DNA of 41,907 nt from NCBI GenBank assembly GCA_035250985.1, contig DATFEO010000061.1, forward strand, positions 1 through 41,907. The letters are read 5' to 3'. Of this stretch, positions 17,917-27,431 are shown one piece after another; position 1 is the first letter of the stretch; every line of letters begins with the position of its first letter. Position numbers and translations under genes: made by a program. Source of the stretch: Sphingomicrobium sp. (GTDB lineage: Bacteria; Pseudomonadota; Alphaproteobacteria; Sphingomonadales; Sphingomonadaceae). The notes below the pieces were generated by a model. The model searched no databases. It saw only the letters and a list, made by a program, of their open reading frames with translations, and was not told the DNA's origin.

Positions 17917-19707
17917 GTGACCGCGAAACCGTCGATTATCGCCGACCCGCAGGCGGCGCTGAAACAGGCGCGGCAGCTGCTTGCCTCCGATCCCAAGGCG
18001 GCGATCCGGCAGGCCCGGCAACTGCTCGAAACGAGCCCCGAAGACCCTGCCCTGCTGCGGCTGCTCGGTACGGCCCTGCGCAGGAACGGCGAGGAAGCCG
18101 AGGCGCAGGCGATCGAGAAGCGGGCGATCGACGCCTCCACCCGCAGCCCGGCCCACCGCGAGGCGGCGCGCGCGGTCGCCGCCGGCGACAAGCAGCGCGC
18201 GGCGGCCATCCTCGAAGGCCTCATCGCGCGCGACGAGAACGACGTTGTCGCCCTCGTCATGCTCGGCCTCCAGTTCTCGCTCGAGGCCGAATATGCGATT
18301 GCCGAGGCCTTGCTCCGTAAGGCGGTCGCCGCCGCGCCCGGCGACCCCGCCGCGCGCATGGCACTGGTTGAGCACCTCCACCGGGCCAGGCGCGCCGCGG
18401 ACGCGCTTGAAGAGCTCGACAAGCTCGCGACGGAAACCCCGGCATCCCAGTCGCTTCGCGCCAGCATCTTGCGCGACCTGGGCCGGCAGGAAGAAGAGGT
18501 TGCGGTTCTGAAAGGTCTCGCCGAAGCCGATCCGCGCATGCCGGCATATCGCATTCGCCTCGGCCATGCGTATCGCACGCTCGGCCGGGCCGACGACGCC
18601 ATTGCCGCCTATCGGTCGGTCATTGCCCAGGCTCCTCATGAAGGCACGTCCTGGTGGAGCCTCGCCAATCTCAAGACGATGAAGTTCAGCGACGCCGAGA
18701 TCGCCCAGATGCAAGGCGGCCTGGCCAATCCGCAATCGCCGCTGACCAATCGCATCCGCCTCAGCTTCGCCCTGGGCAAGGCGTTCGAGGACCGCGGCGA
18801 GCACGAGCAGGCCTTCCGCCATTATGAGGAAGGCAATCGCATGCGAATGACGATTGCCACCTACAGGCCGGAGAAGCTCGACCATTGGGTCGACGATGCC
18901 GAGCTTGCCTACAGCAAGGAATTTTTTGCCGATCGGGCTGGATGGGGCTTCCCCGCGCGCGATCCCATCTTCGTCGTCGGCCTGCAGCGGTCGGGTTCGA
19001 CCCTGGTCGAGCAAATCCTTGACAGCCACCCCGAGATCGAGGGCACGGCGGAGCTGACGGAGTTGCCGACCATCATCCGCGAGCAGAGCGAGATCGCCCA
19101 TCGACGGGGCATCGGCTTCGAGGAACATCTGAAGCGAATGAGCAGCGACGATCTGCGTGGGCTCGGCGAAGATTATATGCAGCGCAGCCGGCTTTACAGG
19201 TTCACCGACAAGCGGTTGTTCACTGACAAGATGCCGGTCAACTGGCTCTACGTCGGAATCATCCGGCTGATCCTGCCAAATGCCAGGATCGTCGACGTCC
19301 GGCGCCATCCGCTCGCCTGCTGCTTCGCCAATTGGAAGCAGCTCTACGGCAAGGGCCTCGAGCACACCTATTCGATGGAGAATATGGGCCGCTACTACGC
19401 CAACTATGTGCGGCTCATGCGGCTGGTGGACGACCTCCAGCCGGGCAATATCCACCGTGTCATATACGAGCAAATGGTCGACGACGTCGAAGGCGAAGTC
19501 CGCCGCCTGCTGGACTATCTCGGCCTGCCGTTCGACGAAGCCTGCCTGAACTTCCATTCGAACGAGCGCTCGGTGCGCACAATCAGCGCAGAGCAGGTCC
19601 GTCGCCCGATCAACCGCGAGGGGCTCGATCGGTGGAAGCCGTACGAGCAATGGCTCGGGCCGCTGAAGACGGCGCTGGGCGGCGCGTTGGAGACCTGGGA
19701 CCAGTGA
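17917..19707 (+). CDS. TPR-containing sulfotransferase (paralog 2)
   Basis: TPRs; PIFVVGLQRSGSTLVEQIL, FTDKMPVN, RHPLACCFA, RTISAEQVRRPI. Confidence 0.9.
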   Translation: MTAKPSIIADPQAALKQARQLLASDPKAAIRQARQLLETSPEDPALLRLLGTALRRNGEEAEAQAIEKRAIDASTRSPAHREAARAVAAGDKQRAAAILEGLIARDENDVVALVMLGLQFSLEAEYAIAEALLRKAVAAAPGDPAARMALVEHLHRARRAADALEELDKLATETPASQSLRASILRDLGRQEEEVAVLKGLAEADPRMPAYRIRLGHAYRTLGRADDAIAAYRSVIAQAPHEGTSWWSLANLKTMKFSDAEIAQMQGGLANPQSPLTNRIRLSFALGKAFEDRGEHEQAFRHYEEGNRMRMTIATYRPEKLDHWVDDAELAYSKEFFADRAGWGFPARDPIFVVGLQRSGSTLVEQILDSHPEIEGTAELTELPTIIREQSEIAHRRGIGFEEHLKRMSSDDLRGLGEDYMQRSRLYRFTDKRLFTDKMPVNWLYVGIIRLILPNARIVDVRRHPLACCFANWKQLYGKGLEHTYSMENMGRYYANYVRLMRLVDDLQPGNIHRVIYEQMVDDVEGEVRRLLDYLGLPFDEACLNFHSNERSVRTISAEQVRRPINREGLDRWKPYEQWLGPLKTALGGALETWDQ

Positions 19708-21062
19708 ATCCCGAGATCAGGGCCGCCCTCCAGCACGGCAATGCCGGCACAGCGCTGGCGCTCATACGTGCGCTGCCGGACGCGCAGCGCGGCGAATTCC
19801 TGATCGCGGCGCATGAGGCCAACCTGCTTGGGCGGCTTGGCCGGCATGAGGAGGAGCTCGCCATCCTTCGGCGCCTGATTGCTGAACAGCCGCAGAACCC
19901 CAGCCTCCATCTCAGCGTCGCCAATGCCCTGAAGACGCTCGGCCGCCGCGACCAGGCAATCGCCGCCGCGCGCGATGCGCTCGCCCTTCGGCCAGGCTAC
20001 GGCAAGGCCTGGTGGGTGATCGCCGACTTGAAGAACCACGTTTTCACCGACGAGGATGTCGAAGCGATGGAGGCGGCGCTGGTCACGGCCGAAACACCCG
20101 CCGATCGCCTGCACTTGCACTTCGCGCTCGGCCGCGCCGCCGAGCAACGCGACGAGGCTGAAAAGGCTTTTGCCCATTATGCCGATGGCAATGCCATCGC
20201 CGCTGCCGCGATCCCGCCGCACGCGCCGCGCACCGCCGAGCGCGTCGATCGCGCCATTGCCATCTTCACCCGCCCCTTCTTCGCCGCCCGCGAGGGCCTC
20301 GGCGACCCCGGCGACGCACCGATCTTCATAGTCGGGTTGCACCGTTCTGGATCGACGCTGGTCGAGCAGATCCTCGCCAGCCATCCGGAGATCGAGGCGA
20401 CCAGCGAATTGCCGATCCTCGGCCAGCTCATGCGCTCAGTCGCCGCCGACCCGTCGCTCCCAGGCGAAGCACCGGTTGATAAGCTCGCCGGGCTCGACAA
20501 GGCGCGCGCTGCTGCCCTCGGTGCCGAATACCTCGACCGCGCCGCCGCCTATCGCCTGGAAGGCAAGCCGCGCTTCGTCGACAAGATGCCCGCCAACTGG
20601 CTTTACACCGGGCTCATCCGGCTCATCCTGCCCAATGCGACCATCATCGATGCGAGGCGCCACCCGATGGCAGCCGGCTTCTCCAATTTCCGCCAGCATT
20701 ATGATGCCGGTGCATCCTGGTCACATTCGCTGGAGGCGATCGGCCGTTATTATCGAGATTACCTGCGGCTGATGCGGCATTTCGACATGGTGCTGCCTGG
20801 CAAGATCCACCGCGTGATCAATGAGCGACTGATCGAGGATTTTGAGTCAGAGGTGCGGCGGCTCCTCGACCATGTCGGCGTCCCGTTCGATCCCGCCTGC
20901 CTCGAATTCCATCGTTCGAACCGTCCGGTCCGCTCGGCCAGCGCCGAGCAGGTCCGTCGCCCGGTCAACCGTGAAGGGGTCGACCAGTGGCGAAAGTTCG
21001 AACCCTGGCTGGGCCCGTTGAAGGAAGGGCTCGGAGATGCGCTGGAGGATTGGCAGCAATGA
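19704..21062 (+). CDS. TPR-containing sulfotransferase (paralog 3, shorter TPR region)
   Basis: GTGA overlap with paralog 2 stop; PIFIVGLHRSGSTLVEQIL, FVDKMPAN, RHPMAAGFS, RSASAEQVRRPV. Confidence 0.9.
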   Translation: MNPEIRAALQHGNAGTALALIRALPDAQRGEFLIAAHEANLLGRLGRHEEELAILRRLIAEQPQNPSLHLSVANALKTLGRRDQAIAAARDALALRPGYGKAWWVIADLKNHVFTDEDVEAMEAALVTAETPADRLHLHFALGRAAEQRDEAEKAFAHYADGNAIAAAAIPPHAPRTAERVDRAIAIFTRPFFAAREGLGDPGDAPIFIVGLHRSGSTLVEQILASHPEIEATSELPILGQLMRSVAADPSLPGEAPVDKLAGLDKARAAALGAEYLDRAAAYRLEGKPRFVDKMPANWLYTGLIRLILPNATIIDARRHPMAAGFSNFRQHYDAGASWSHSLEAIGRYYRDYLRLMRHFDMVLPGKIHRVINERLIEDFESEVRRLLDHVGVPFDPACLEFHRSNRPVRSASAEQVRRPVNREGVDQWRKFEPWLGPLKEGLGDALEDWQQ

Positions 21063-21514
21063 TCTACTTCGAGGACATGGAGGTCGGTGCGGAGCGCGTG
21101 TTCGGCTCCTATGACGTGACTCGCGAGGAGGTGCTGGAATTCGCTCATAAATACGATCCACAGCCGTTCCACATTTCCGACGAGGAAGCGGCCAAGACCC
21201 ATTTCGGGCGCATCGCCGCGAGCGGCTGGCATACTTGCGCAATGGTCATGGCGGTGATTGCCCGCGCCGTCGTCGACGATGGCCAGGCCGGCCTCGGCTC
21301 CCCGGGCGTCGACGATCTGCGCTGGTTGAAACCGGTCTATCCCGGCGACCGGATCACCGTTACCGGCAAGGTCGTCGAGAAGACGCCGTCGCGCTCAAAA
21401 CCCGAAATCGGCAGCATCCGGACCGAGACCACCGTCACCAACCAGGACGACGTGCCGGTGATGCGCTTCACCTCGATCGTCCTGATGCGCCGCCGGCCCG
21501 AGCAGGTTTCCTAG
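21059..21514 (+). CDS. MaoC-family hot-dog dehydratase
   Basis: ATGA overlap, SD GGAGG; YFED..VG, YDPQPFH.DEEAA, ASGWHT, LRWLKPVYPGD. Confidence 0.9.
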   Translation: MIYFEDMEVGAERVFGSYDVTREEVLEFAHKYDPQPFHISDEEAAKTHFGRIAASGWHTCAMVMAVIARAVVDDGQAGLGSPGVDDLRWLKPVYPGDRITVTGKVVEKTPSRSKPEIGSIRTETTVTNQDDVPVMRFTSIVLMRRRPEQVS

Positions 21515-22050
21515 TCGCCCTCGAATTCCATCAGGCTGGCGACCTCGACCCCTTCCGCGCGCAGCGCCGCGGCGCCGCCGAGCTCCGGCAAGTCGATGAG
21601 GAAGCGTGCGCCCATGACGTCGCCGCCTGCCCGCCGTACCAGCCGCGCTGCCGCGAGGGCCGTGCCGCCGGTGGCGATCAAATCGTCGGCCAGCAGCACC
21701 TTCGCGCCTGGCGCGCAGGCATCGACATGCATCGCCAGCCTGTCGCTGCCATACTCCAGCGCATAATCCTCGACCATGGTGGCTCCGGGCAGCTTGCCGT
21801 CCTTGCGGATCAACAACAGCCCGCAGCCGAGCTCGCGGGCCAATGCCGCGCCAAGGATGAACCCCCGCGCTTCGATCGCGCCGACAAGGTCGGGCCGTTC
21901 GCCGACCGTGCCGGCCAGGCGCTCCACCGCCATGCCGAAGCCGCGCGGATCGAGGAGCAGCGTGGTGACGTCGCGGAACTGAATCCCGGGCTTGGGAAAG
22001 TCGGCAATGGTGCGGACCAGCGCCTTCAGGTCGTCGTTGGCGCTGGCCAT
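21511..22050 (-). CDS. apt: Adenine phosphoribosyltransferase
   Basis: DFPKPGIQFRD, EARGF, RK.GKLPG, YALEYG, DDLIATGGT. Confidence 0.96.
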   Translation of the reverse strand: MASANDDLKALVRTIADFPKPGIQFRDVTTLLLDPRGFGMAVERLAGTVGERPDLVGAIEARGFILGAALARELGCGLLLIRKDGKLPGATMVEDYALEYGSDRLAMHVDACAPGAKVLLADDLIATGGTALAAARLVRRAGGDVMGARFLIDLPELGGAAALRAEGVEVASLMEFEGD

Positions 22051-22061
22051 GCAGGTCTCGC

Positions 22062-23003
22062 CTAGCCCCTGACCCCAGCCTTCTTGCTGGCGCGCGTCCT
22101 CTTGGCCTTGTTGACCGGCTCCAGCGGGCCGGTGACGCGCACCTTGCGCTTGGCCTCGGCCCAGATGTTCTGGTAGCTCAAATAGCCGAGCACCGTCGCG
22201 ACCAGCAGGAAGATGATCGTCGCCAGGCCGTAGCGGTGGCGGTTCTCCAGCTTCGGCTCGGCCGCCCAGACCAGGAATGCGGACACATCCTTCGCCATCT
22301 GGTCGACCGTCGGCCGCGGATTGCCCTCCGCATAGGTGACTTGGCCTTCGCTCGTCAGCGGCGGCGGCATGGCGATGTTGAGATTGGCGAAATAAGGGTT
22401 GAAGTGCAGGCCCGTCCCCGGCCGGTTGGCGGCCGGAAGCGCCTCGCCCTCCTCGTTACGGTAGCTGTTCGGGTCGGCATAGCCCGTCAGCAGCGAATAG
22501 GTATAGGCCGCGCCGCCTTCGCGTGCCTTGGCGATCAGCGACAGGTCGGGCGGCAGTGCATTGTTGTTGGCCGCGCGCGCCGCTACCTCATTGGCGTAAG
22601 GGCTCGGGAAGCGGTCCGACGGGATCGCCTTTCGCGTTGCCACCTCGCCGGTGTCGGGGTTCACCGTCGGCACCTCGATCGCCCACTGGTTGGCGATCGC
22701 CTTCACCTCGGCCTCGGAATAACCGAGCGCGTGCAGGTCGCGGAACGCGACCAGGTTCATTGAGTGGCAGGCGGCGCAGACCTCCTTGTAGACCTGGAAG
22801 CCGCGCTGCAGCTGCTGGCGGTCAAACTTGCCGAGCGCCCCGTCGGAGGCGAGCCTCAGCGCCTTGGGCTCCTTGTGGAACTTAAGTTCGACCGATTCCT
22901 CGCTCGGCGAGGAGAAATAGGTCGCCAGGTCGATGCCGAGGGAGGCAAGCAGGGCCGCGGCGAAGCCAGCGCCCATCAGTCCGAGAATGATTCGAAGCAG
23001 CAT
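22062..23003 (-). CDS. petC: Cytochrome c1
   Basis: LQRGFQVYKEVCAACH heme motif, PPDLSL, AMPPP, WAAEP, C-terminal TM. Confidence 0.96.
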   Translation of the reverse strand: MLLRIILGLMGAGFAAALLASLGIDLATYFSSPSEESVELKFHKEPKALRLASDGALGKFDRQQLQRGFQVYKEVCAACHSMNLVAFRDLHALGYSEAEVKAIANQWAIEVPTVNPDTGEVATRKAIPSDRFPSPYANEVAARAANNNALPPDLSLIAKAREGGAAYTYSLLTGYADPNSYRNEEGEALPAANRPGTGLHFNPYFANLNIAMPPPLTSEGQVTYAEGNPRPTVDQMAKDVSAFLVWAAEPKLENRHRYGLATIIFLLVATVLGYLSYQNIWAEAKRKVRVTGPLEPVNKAKRTRASKKAGVRG

Positions 23004-23016
23004 GTGCCGGCGTCCC

Positions 23017-24327
23017 CTATTCCGCAGCAGTGGCGCCGGCCCGCGCGGGGGCGCCAATCGGAGCCGCTTCCCGCTTCTCACCGTGCAGCACGCTCTCCGA
23101 AATCGAGTTCGGCAGCGGCAGTGGCCGCTCGAATGCCGAAACCAGCGGCAGGATGATCAGGAAGTGGATGAAATAATAGGCTGAGGCGAACTGCCCAAGC
23201 GCGATGTTGAAGGCGTTGATCTCGCCGCCGCCGACATAGCCGAGGATGGCGATGTCCAGCATCAGGAGCCAGAAGAAACGCTTGAACACTGGACGGTAAT
23301 GGCCCGAGCGCACCGGCGACTTGTCGAGCCACGGCAGGAAGAACAGCAGCAGGATCGAGGCGAACATCGCCAGCACGCCCCACAGCTTCGCCGGGATCCA
23401 CAGGAAGTCGACGGTGAAGGCGCGCAGGATGGCGTAGAACGGCCAGAAATACCATTCGGGGACGATGTGCGCCGGCGTCGCCAGCGGGTTGGCCGGGATG
23501 TAGTTGTCAGGGTGGCCGAGCGCGTTCGGCGCGAAGAACAGCACCGCAGCATAAACGACCAGGATGGCGCCCGAGAACCAGCCGTCCTTGGCCGTGTAGA
23601 ACGGGTGGAACGGCAGCGTGTCCTTCTCATTCTTGACGTCGACGCCGGTCGGATTGCCCGACCCGGGGATGTGCAGCGCCCAGATGTGCAGGATGACGAC
23701 CGCTGCGATGACGAACGGCAGCAGGTAGTGCAGCGAGAAGAAGCGGGTCAGGGCCGCCTGGTCCGGTGCGAAGCCGCCGAGCAGCCAGACGCGGATCGGC
23801 TCGCCGACCACCGGGAATGCCGAGAAGAAGCCGGTGATGACCTGTGCGCCCCAATAGCTCATCTGCCCCCAGGGCAGGACGTAGCCCATGAAAGCCGTGG
23901 CCATCATCAGGAGGTAGATGACGAGGCCCAGCATCCACACCAGCTCCCGCGGCGCCTTGTAGCTGCCGAAGAACAGGCCGCGGAAGATGTGGATGTAGAC
24001 GACGATGAAGAAGAAGCTCGCGCCGTTGGCGTGGGCGTAGCGAAGTAGCCAGCCCGCGTTGACATTGCGCATGATGTGCTCGACCGAATTGAACGCGCCG
24101 TCGGCCGATGCGTAATAATGCATGGCCAGGACGATGCCCGTGACGATCTGGATGACCAGGAACAGTCCGGCGGCCACCCCGAAGTTCCACAAATAGTTGA
24201 GGTTGCGCGGCACCGGATAACCGCCGCCGACGGCACCGTAAGCCAGTCGCGGCAGCGGCAGCCGCGCATCGATCCACTTGCCGAATTCGGTCTTGGGTTC
24301 GTAGGGCTTTGCCCAGGCGAAACTCAT
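23017..24327 (-). CDS. petB: Cytochrome b
   Basis: [37 protein letters not shown]. Confidence 0.98.
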   Translation of the reverse strand: MSFAWAKPYEPKTEFGKWIDARLPLPRLAYGAVGGGYPVPRNLNYLWNFGVAAGLFLVIQIVTGIVLAMHYYASADGAFNSVEHIMRNVNAGWLLRYAHANGASFFFIVVYIHIFRGLFFGSYKAPRELVWMLGLVIYLLMMATAFMGYVLPWGQMSYWGAQVITGFFSAFPVVGEPIRVWLLGGFAPDQAALTRFFSLHYLLPFVIAAVVILHIWALHIPGSGNPTGVDVKNEKDTLPFHPFYTAKDGWFSGAILVVYAAVLFFAPNALGHPDNYIPANPLATPAHIVPEWYFWPFYAILRAFTVDFLWIPAKLWGVLAMFASILLLFFLPWLDKSPVRSGHYRPVFKRFFWLLMLDIAILGYVGGGEINAFNIALGQFASAYYFIHFLIILPLVSAFERPLPLPNSISESVLHGEKREAAPIGAPARAGATAAE

Positions 24328-24340
24328 GCCTATTCCCCCT

Positions 24341-24907
24341 TTAGCCGATCGTCACGACAGTGTCGGACGTGAATGCATATTCCGGCACGGCGAGGTTGAG
24401 CGGCGCCGGGCCTTTGCGAATGCGCGCGGCCGTGTCGTAGTGCGATCCGTGGCAGGGACAGAAATAACCGCCATACTCGCCGCGATTTTCACCTGCCGCC
24501 ACGCCGAGCGGCACGCAGCCGAGATGGGTGCAGACCCCGAGCGTGATCAGCCAGTTCTGCTTGCCCGGCTTGGTCCGCTCGGCCAGCGTCTGCGGGTCGC
24601 GCAGGTCGCCGAGCGGCACCGCATTGGCTTCCTGGATTTCCGCGGGCGTCAGGTTGCGCACGAAAACGGGCTGCTTGCGCCAGATCGTCTTGATCGCCTG
24701 GCCCGGCGCGATCTTGCTGATGTCGATTTCGGTCGAGGCTAGCGCCAGCACGTCAGCCGACGGGCTCATCTGGTTGATCAGCGGCAACACGGTCGCCGCC
24801 GCGCCAACGCCGGCGAAGCTGACCGCGGCAATGTTGATGAAATCACGACGGCGGAGGCTTTGATCGCCTCCCACCTGCGCAACCATGCTTCCTTCCTGCG
24901 TGGCCAT
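24341..24907 (-). CDS. petA: Rieske iron-sulfur subunit of the bc1 complex
   Basis: Tat motif RRRDF, CTHLGC and CPCHGS Rieske boxes, GPAP.NL. Confidence 0.97.
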   Translation of the reverse strand: MATQEGSMVAQVGGDQSLRRRDFINIAAVSFAGVGAAATVLPLINQMSPSADVLALASTEIDISKIAPGQAIKTIWRKQPVFVRNLTPAEIQEANAVPLGDLRDPQTLAERTKPGKQNWLITLGVCTHLGCVPLGVAAGENRGEYGGYFCPCHGSHYDTAARIRKGPAPLNLAVPEYAFTSDTVVTIG

Positions 24908-24995
24908 GACACCCTTTGCGACCGACAGTTTGCGAATGCCCGACCGGGCATGAATGCGAACACCGTCCCGAAAGGCTCCGGGCCGGTTGGCGGGC

Positions 24996-25024
24996 CTGAT
25001 AGCGGCCACTTCAGGGACTGCCAA
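24996..25024 (-). promoter_or_regulatory. sigma70-like promoter of petABC
   Basis: TTGGCA-N17-TATCAG on the minus strand. Confidence 0.5.
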
Positions 25025-25037
25025 GGGGCGTTTAAGC

Positions 25038-25931
25038 CTAGCTGGCCACCGCCTCCGGCGTCAGCGGCACGCGCTCGCCCTTCCAGCCCAGCCACGCCGC
25101 CCGCAACATGACCGCGCCGGCATAAAGCACAACGACGAAGACCAGCCAGCGCAGCATCTCGATCGGCATCTCCTTGACGATGAAAGCAGCGACGAACACC
25201 AGCGGAATGCCCCCGATCGTCAGGCCGGTCGCCACCCTGAGGTCGATCTCACCCATGTTGATGTGGCGCACGCTTGCGGCCGCGCCCGCCAGCCCTGCGC
25301 CGGCGGCCATGATCGGGAAGCAAAGCCGCGGATCCATGCCCATCAGGCTGAACATTGCCAGCGTGGGGGCATAATTGCCGATGCCGTAGTTGAGGAGGAT
25401 GCCGAAGATGAAATTGCCGATGATGGCGATGATCATCAGCATGGCCGGAAGGCTCGTTGCGGTGCCGCCGCCCGGCATCAGGTCGAGGTTCGACATTGCG
25501 TAGAAGGCTGCTGCGACGAACAGGCCGATTGCAACCACCAATTGGACGATCCACACCCGTGATCTCGCTACCAGCGGTGCGCCGAGCAGTCCGCCCATCA
25601 ACAGGGCGATGACGCAACCGACCAGCAGCACGGGGTCGACGAAGACGCCGAGGAGAATGAGGAAGATGAAGCCCTGCGCCATTGCCGGCGGCGTATGGCC
25701 GACCAGCATCGTGCATGGGATCAGGCGGTCCGGCACCAGCTTGCGGAATTTGAGCCAGGCCATAGTCGGCGCGAACGAGCCGATGCCCAGCGTGTCGAAA
25801 AAGTTGGTGATTGCGCCGAGCAGGATCGCCTCGCCCTTGGGAGTGACGTGGCGGGCGACTACCGCCTTCAGCAGGACGATCCCATAAACGAGGATCGCCA
25901 GTGTCAGCGGAACCAGCAGCGCAACGAGCAT
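25038..25931 (-). CDS. TSUP (TauE/SafE) family membrane permease
   Basis: NFFDTLGIGSFA repeated as LLNYGIGNYA; about 9 hydrophobic segments; SD GGAGGG. Confidence 0.75.
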   Translation of the reverse strand: MLVALLVPLTLAILVYGIVLLKAVVARHVTPKGEAILLGAITNFFDTLGIGSFAPTMAWLKFRKLVPDRLIPCTMLVGHTPPAMAQGFIFLILLGVFVDPVLLVGCVIALLMGGLLGAPLVARSRVWIVQLVVAIGLFVAAAFYAMSNLDLMPGGGTATSLPAMLMIIAIIGNFIFGILLNYGIGNYAPTLAMFSLMGMDPRLCFPIMAAGAGLAGAAASVRHINMGEIDLRVATGLTIGGIPLVFVAAFIVKEMPIEMLRWLVFVVVLYAGAVMLRAAWLGWKGERVPLTPEAVAS

Positions 25932-26001
25932 GGCCGCCCCTCCAAGCCATGAGCAATGGCTCCTTCTAGATGATCGCGCTCAGCGCCGCTATGGGCACGA
26001 C

Positions 26002-26844
26002 ATGCTGCCCCTCGACGACCAGCAACAGGCCGCCCGCGACTGGTTCGAAGCGCTTCGCGACCGCATCTGCGCGGAATTTGAAGCGATCGAACGGGAGGCT
26101 GGAAGCGACGCCTCATTCGAGTTCATTTCCTGGGATCGCGACGATCCGGACGGCGAGCCGGGCGGCGGCGGCGTCCGCGGGCAAATGGCCGGCCAGGTGT
26201 TCGAGAAAGTCGGGGTCAACGTCTCGACCGTCGGCGGCCGCTTCAGCGAGGAATTCGCCTCCTCCATCCCCGGCGCCGGGGAAGACCCCAGCTTCTTCGC
26301 CACCGGCATCAGCCTCGTCGCACACATGGCCAACCCGCACGTGCCCGCCGTGCACATGAACACGCGCTTCCTGACCACGACGCGGCGATGGTTCGGCGGC
26401 GGCGCCGACCTCAATCCCGCGATTCCCTGCCAGGAGGATACCGACGCCTTCCACGCGCGGCTGCGCGCCGCCTGCGCCGCCCATGATCCCACCTTCTATC
26501 CGCGCTTTTCAAAATGGGCCGAAGAGTATTTCTGGCTTCCCCACCGCAACCAGGCCCGCGGCGTCGGCGGCATCTTCTACGACCGGCTGGAGGGCCATTT
26601 CGAAGAGCATTTCGCCTTTACCCGCGATGTCGGCGAGGCCTTCCTCGATATCTTCCCACAAATCGTCCGCAAGCGCATGGACACGCCCTATAGCGAGGTC
26701 GACATGGACCAGCTGCTGACCTTCCGCGGCCGCTATGTCGAGTTCAACCTGCTCTACGACCGCGGCACCCTGTTCGGCCTCAAGACCGGCGGCAATATCG
26801 ACGCGATCCTGATGAGCCTGCCGCCGCTGGCGAAGTGGAAATGA
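26002..26844 (+). CDS. hemF: Oxygen-dependent coproporphyrinogen III oxidase
   Basis: FEKVGVNVS, HM.NPHVPAVHMNTR, WFGGGADL, RGRYVEFNLLYDRGT. Confidence 0.97.
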   Translation: MLPLDDQQQAARDWFEALRDRICAEFEAIEREAGSDASFEFISWDRDDPDGEPGGGGVRGQMAGQVFEKVGVNVSTVGGRFSEEFASSIPGAGEDPSFFATGISLVAHMANPHVPAVHMNTRFLTTTRRWFGGGADLNPAIPCQEDTDAFHARLRAACAAHDPTFYPRFSKWAEEYFWLPHRNQARGVGGIFYDRLEGHFEEHFAFTRDVGEAFLDIFPQIVRKRMDTPYSEVDMDQLLTFRGRYVEFNLLYDRGTLFGLKTGGNIDAILMSLPPLAKWK

Positions 26845-27431
26845 GCCTGGAGAAGCTCCCCGACGGCCAGCTTGCCGCGCTGGTGACCTACCTCGAAATG
26901 CATGAGCCGCCGGCCGAGCCCGTGCCGCGCGGCTCGCTGCAGCTTCGCCGCGCCAGGCTGGACGCGGACTCCTATCGCGCCTTGTTCCGCAAGGTCGGCG
27001 CGCCCTGGCTGTGGTTCTCACGTCTCGTGATGACCGATGACCAGCTGGAAGCGATCATCGCCCATCCCGGCGTCGAGCTGTTCGAGGTCGTCGCCGTCGA
27101 GGCGGTCGTCGGCATGCTCGAGCTCGACTTCCGTGTGGCAGGTGAATGCGAAATCGCCTTCGTCGGCCTGGTCCCGGAGCTATCCGGCCAAGGCCATGGC
27201 CGCTGGCTCCTCGCCGAGGCGGTGCACCGTGCCTGGCGCGACGGCGTCCGGCGGGTTCATGTCCACACCTGCTCGCTCGACCATCCGGCCGCGCTCGCCG
27301 CCTACCGCCGCGCTGGCTTCGCCCCCGTGCGGCGCGCGCTGGAACGCTTCACCGACCCGCGTCTCACCGGAGCCCTGCCGGCGGACGCCGCGCCTCAGGT
27401 GCCGCTGCTTGGAACCGACACGGCGGCATGA
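26841..27431 (+). CDS. GNAT-family N-acetyltransferase
   Basis: ATGA coupling to hemF; GLVPELSGQGHG acetyl-CoA motif, HTCSLDHPAALAAYRRAGF. Confidence 0.88.
   Translation: MSLEKLPDGQLAALVTYLEMHEPPAEPVPRGSLQLRRARLDADSYRALFRKVGAPWLWFSRLVMTDDQLEAIIAHPGVELFEVVAVEAVVGMLELDFRVAGECEIAFVGLVPELSGQGHGRWLLAEAVHRAWRDGVRRVHVHTCSLDHPAALAAYRRAGFAPVRRALERFTDPRLTGALPADAAPQVPLLGTDTAA

Noticed and set aside
17866-19650. Long antisense ORFs (e.g. 17866-19650, 37411-39057, 40668-41891, 13562-14653, 2953-3861)
   Set aside because: Shadows of real genes on the opposite strand caused by high-GC codon bias; no recognisable motifs
21511-22050. apt as part of the sulfotransferase system (PAP recycling)
   Set aside because: Opposite strand, follows petABC, and PAP is normally recycled by CysQ-type phosphatases rather than Apt
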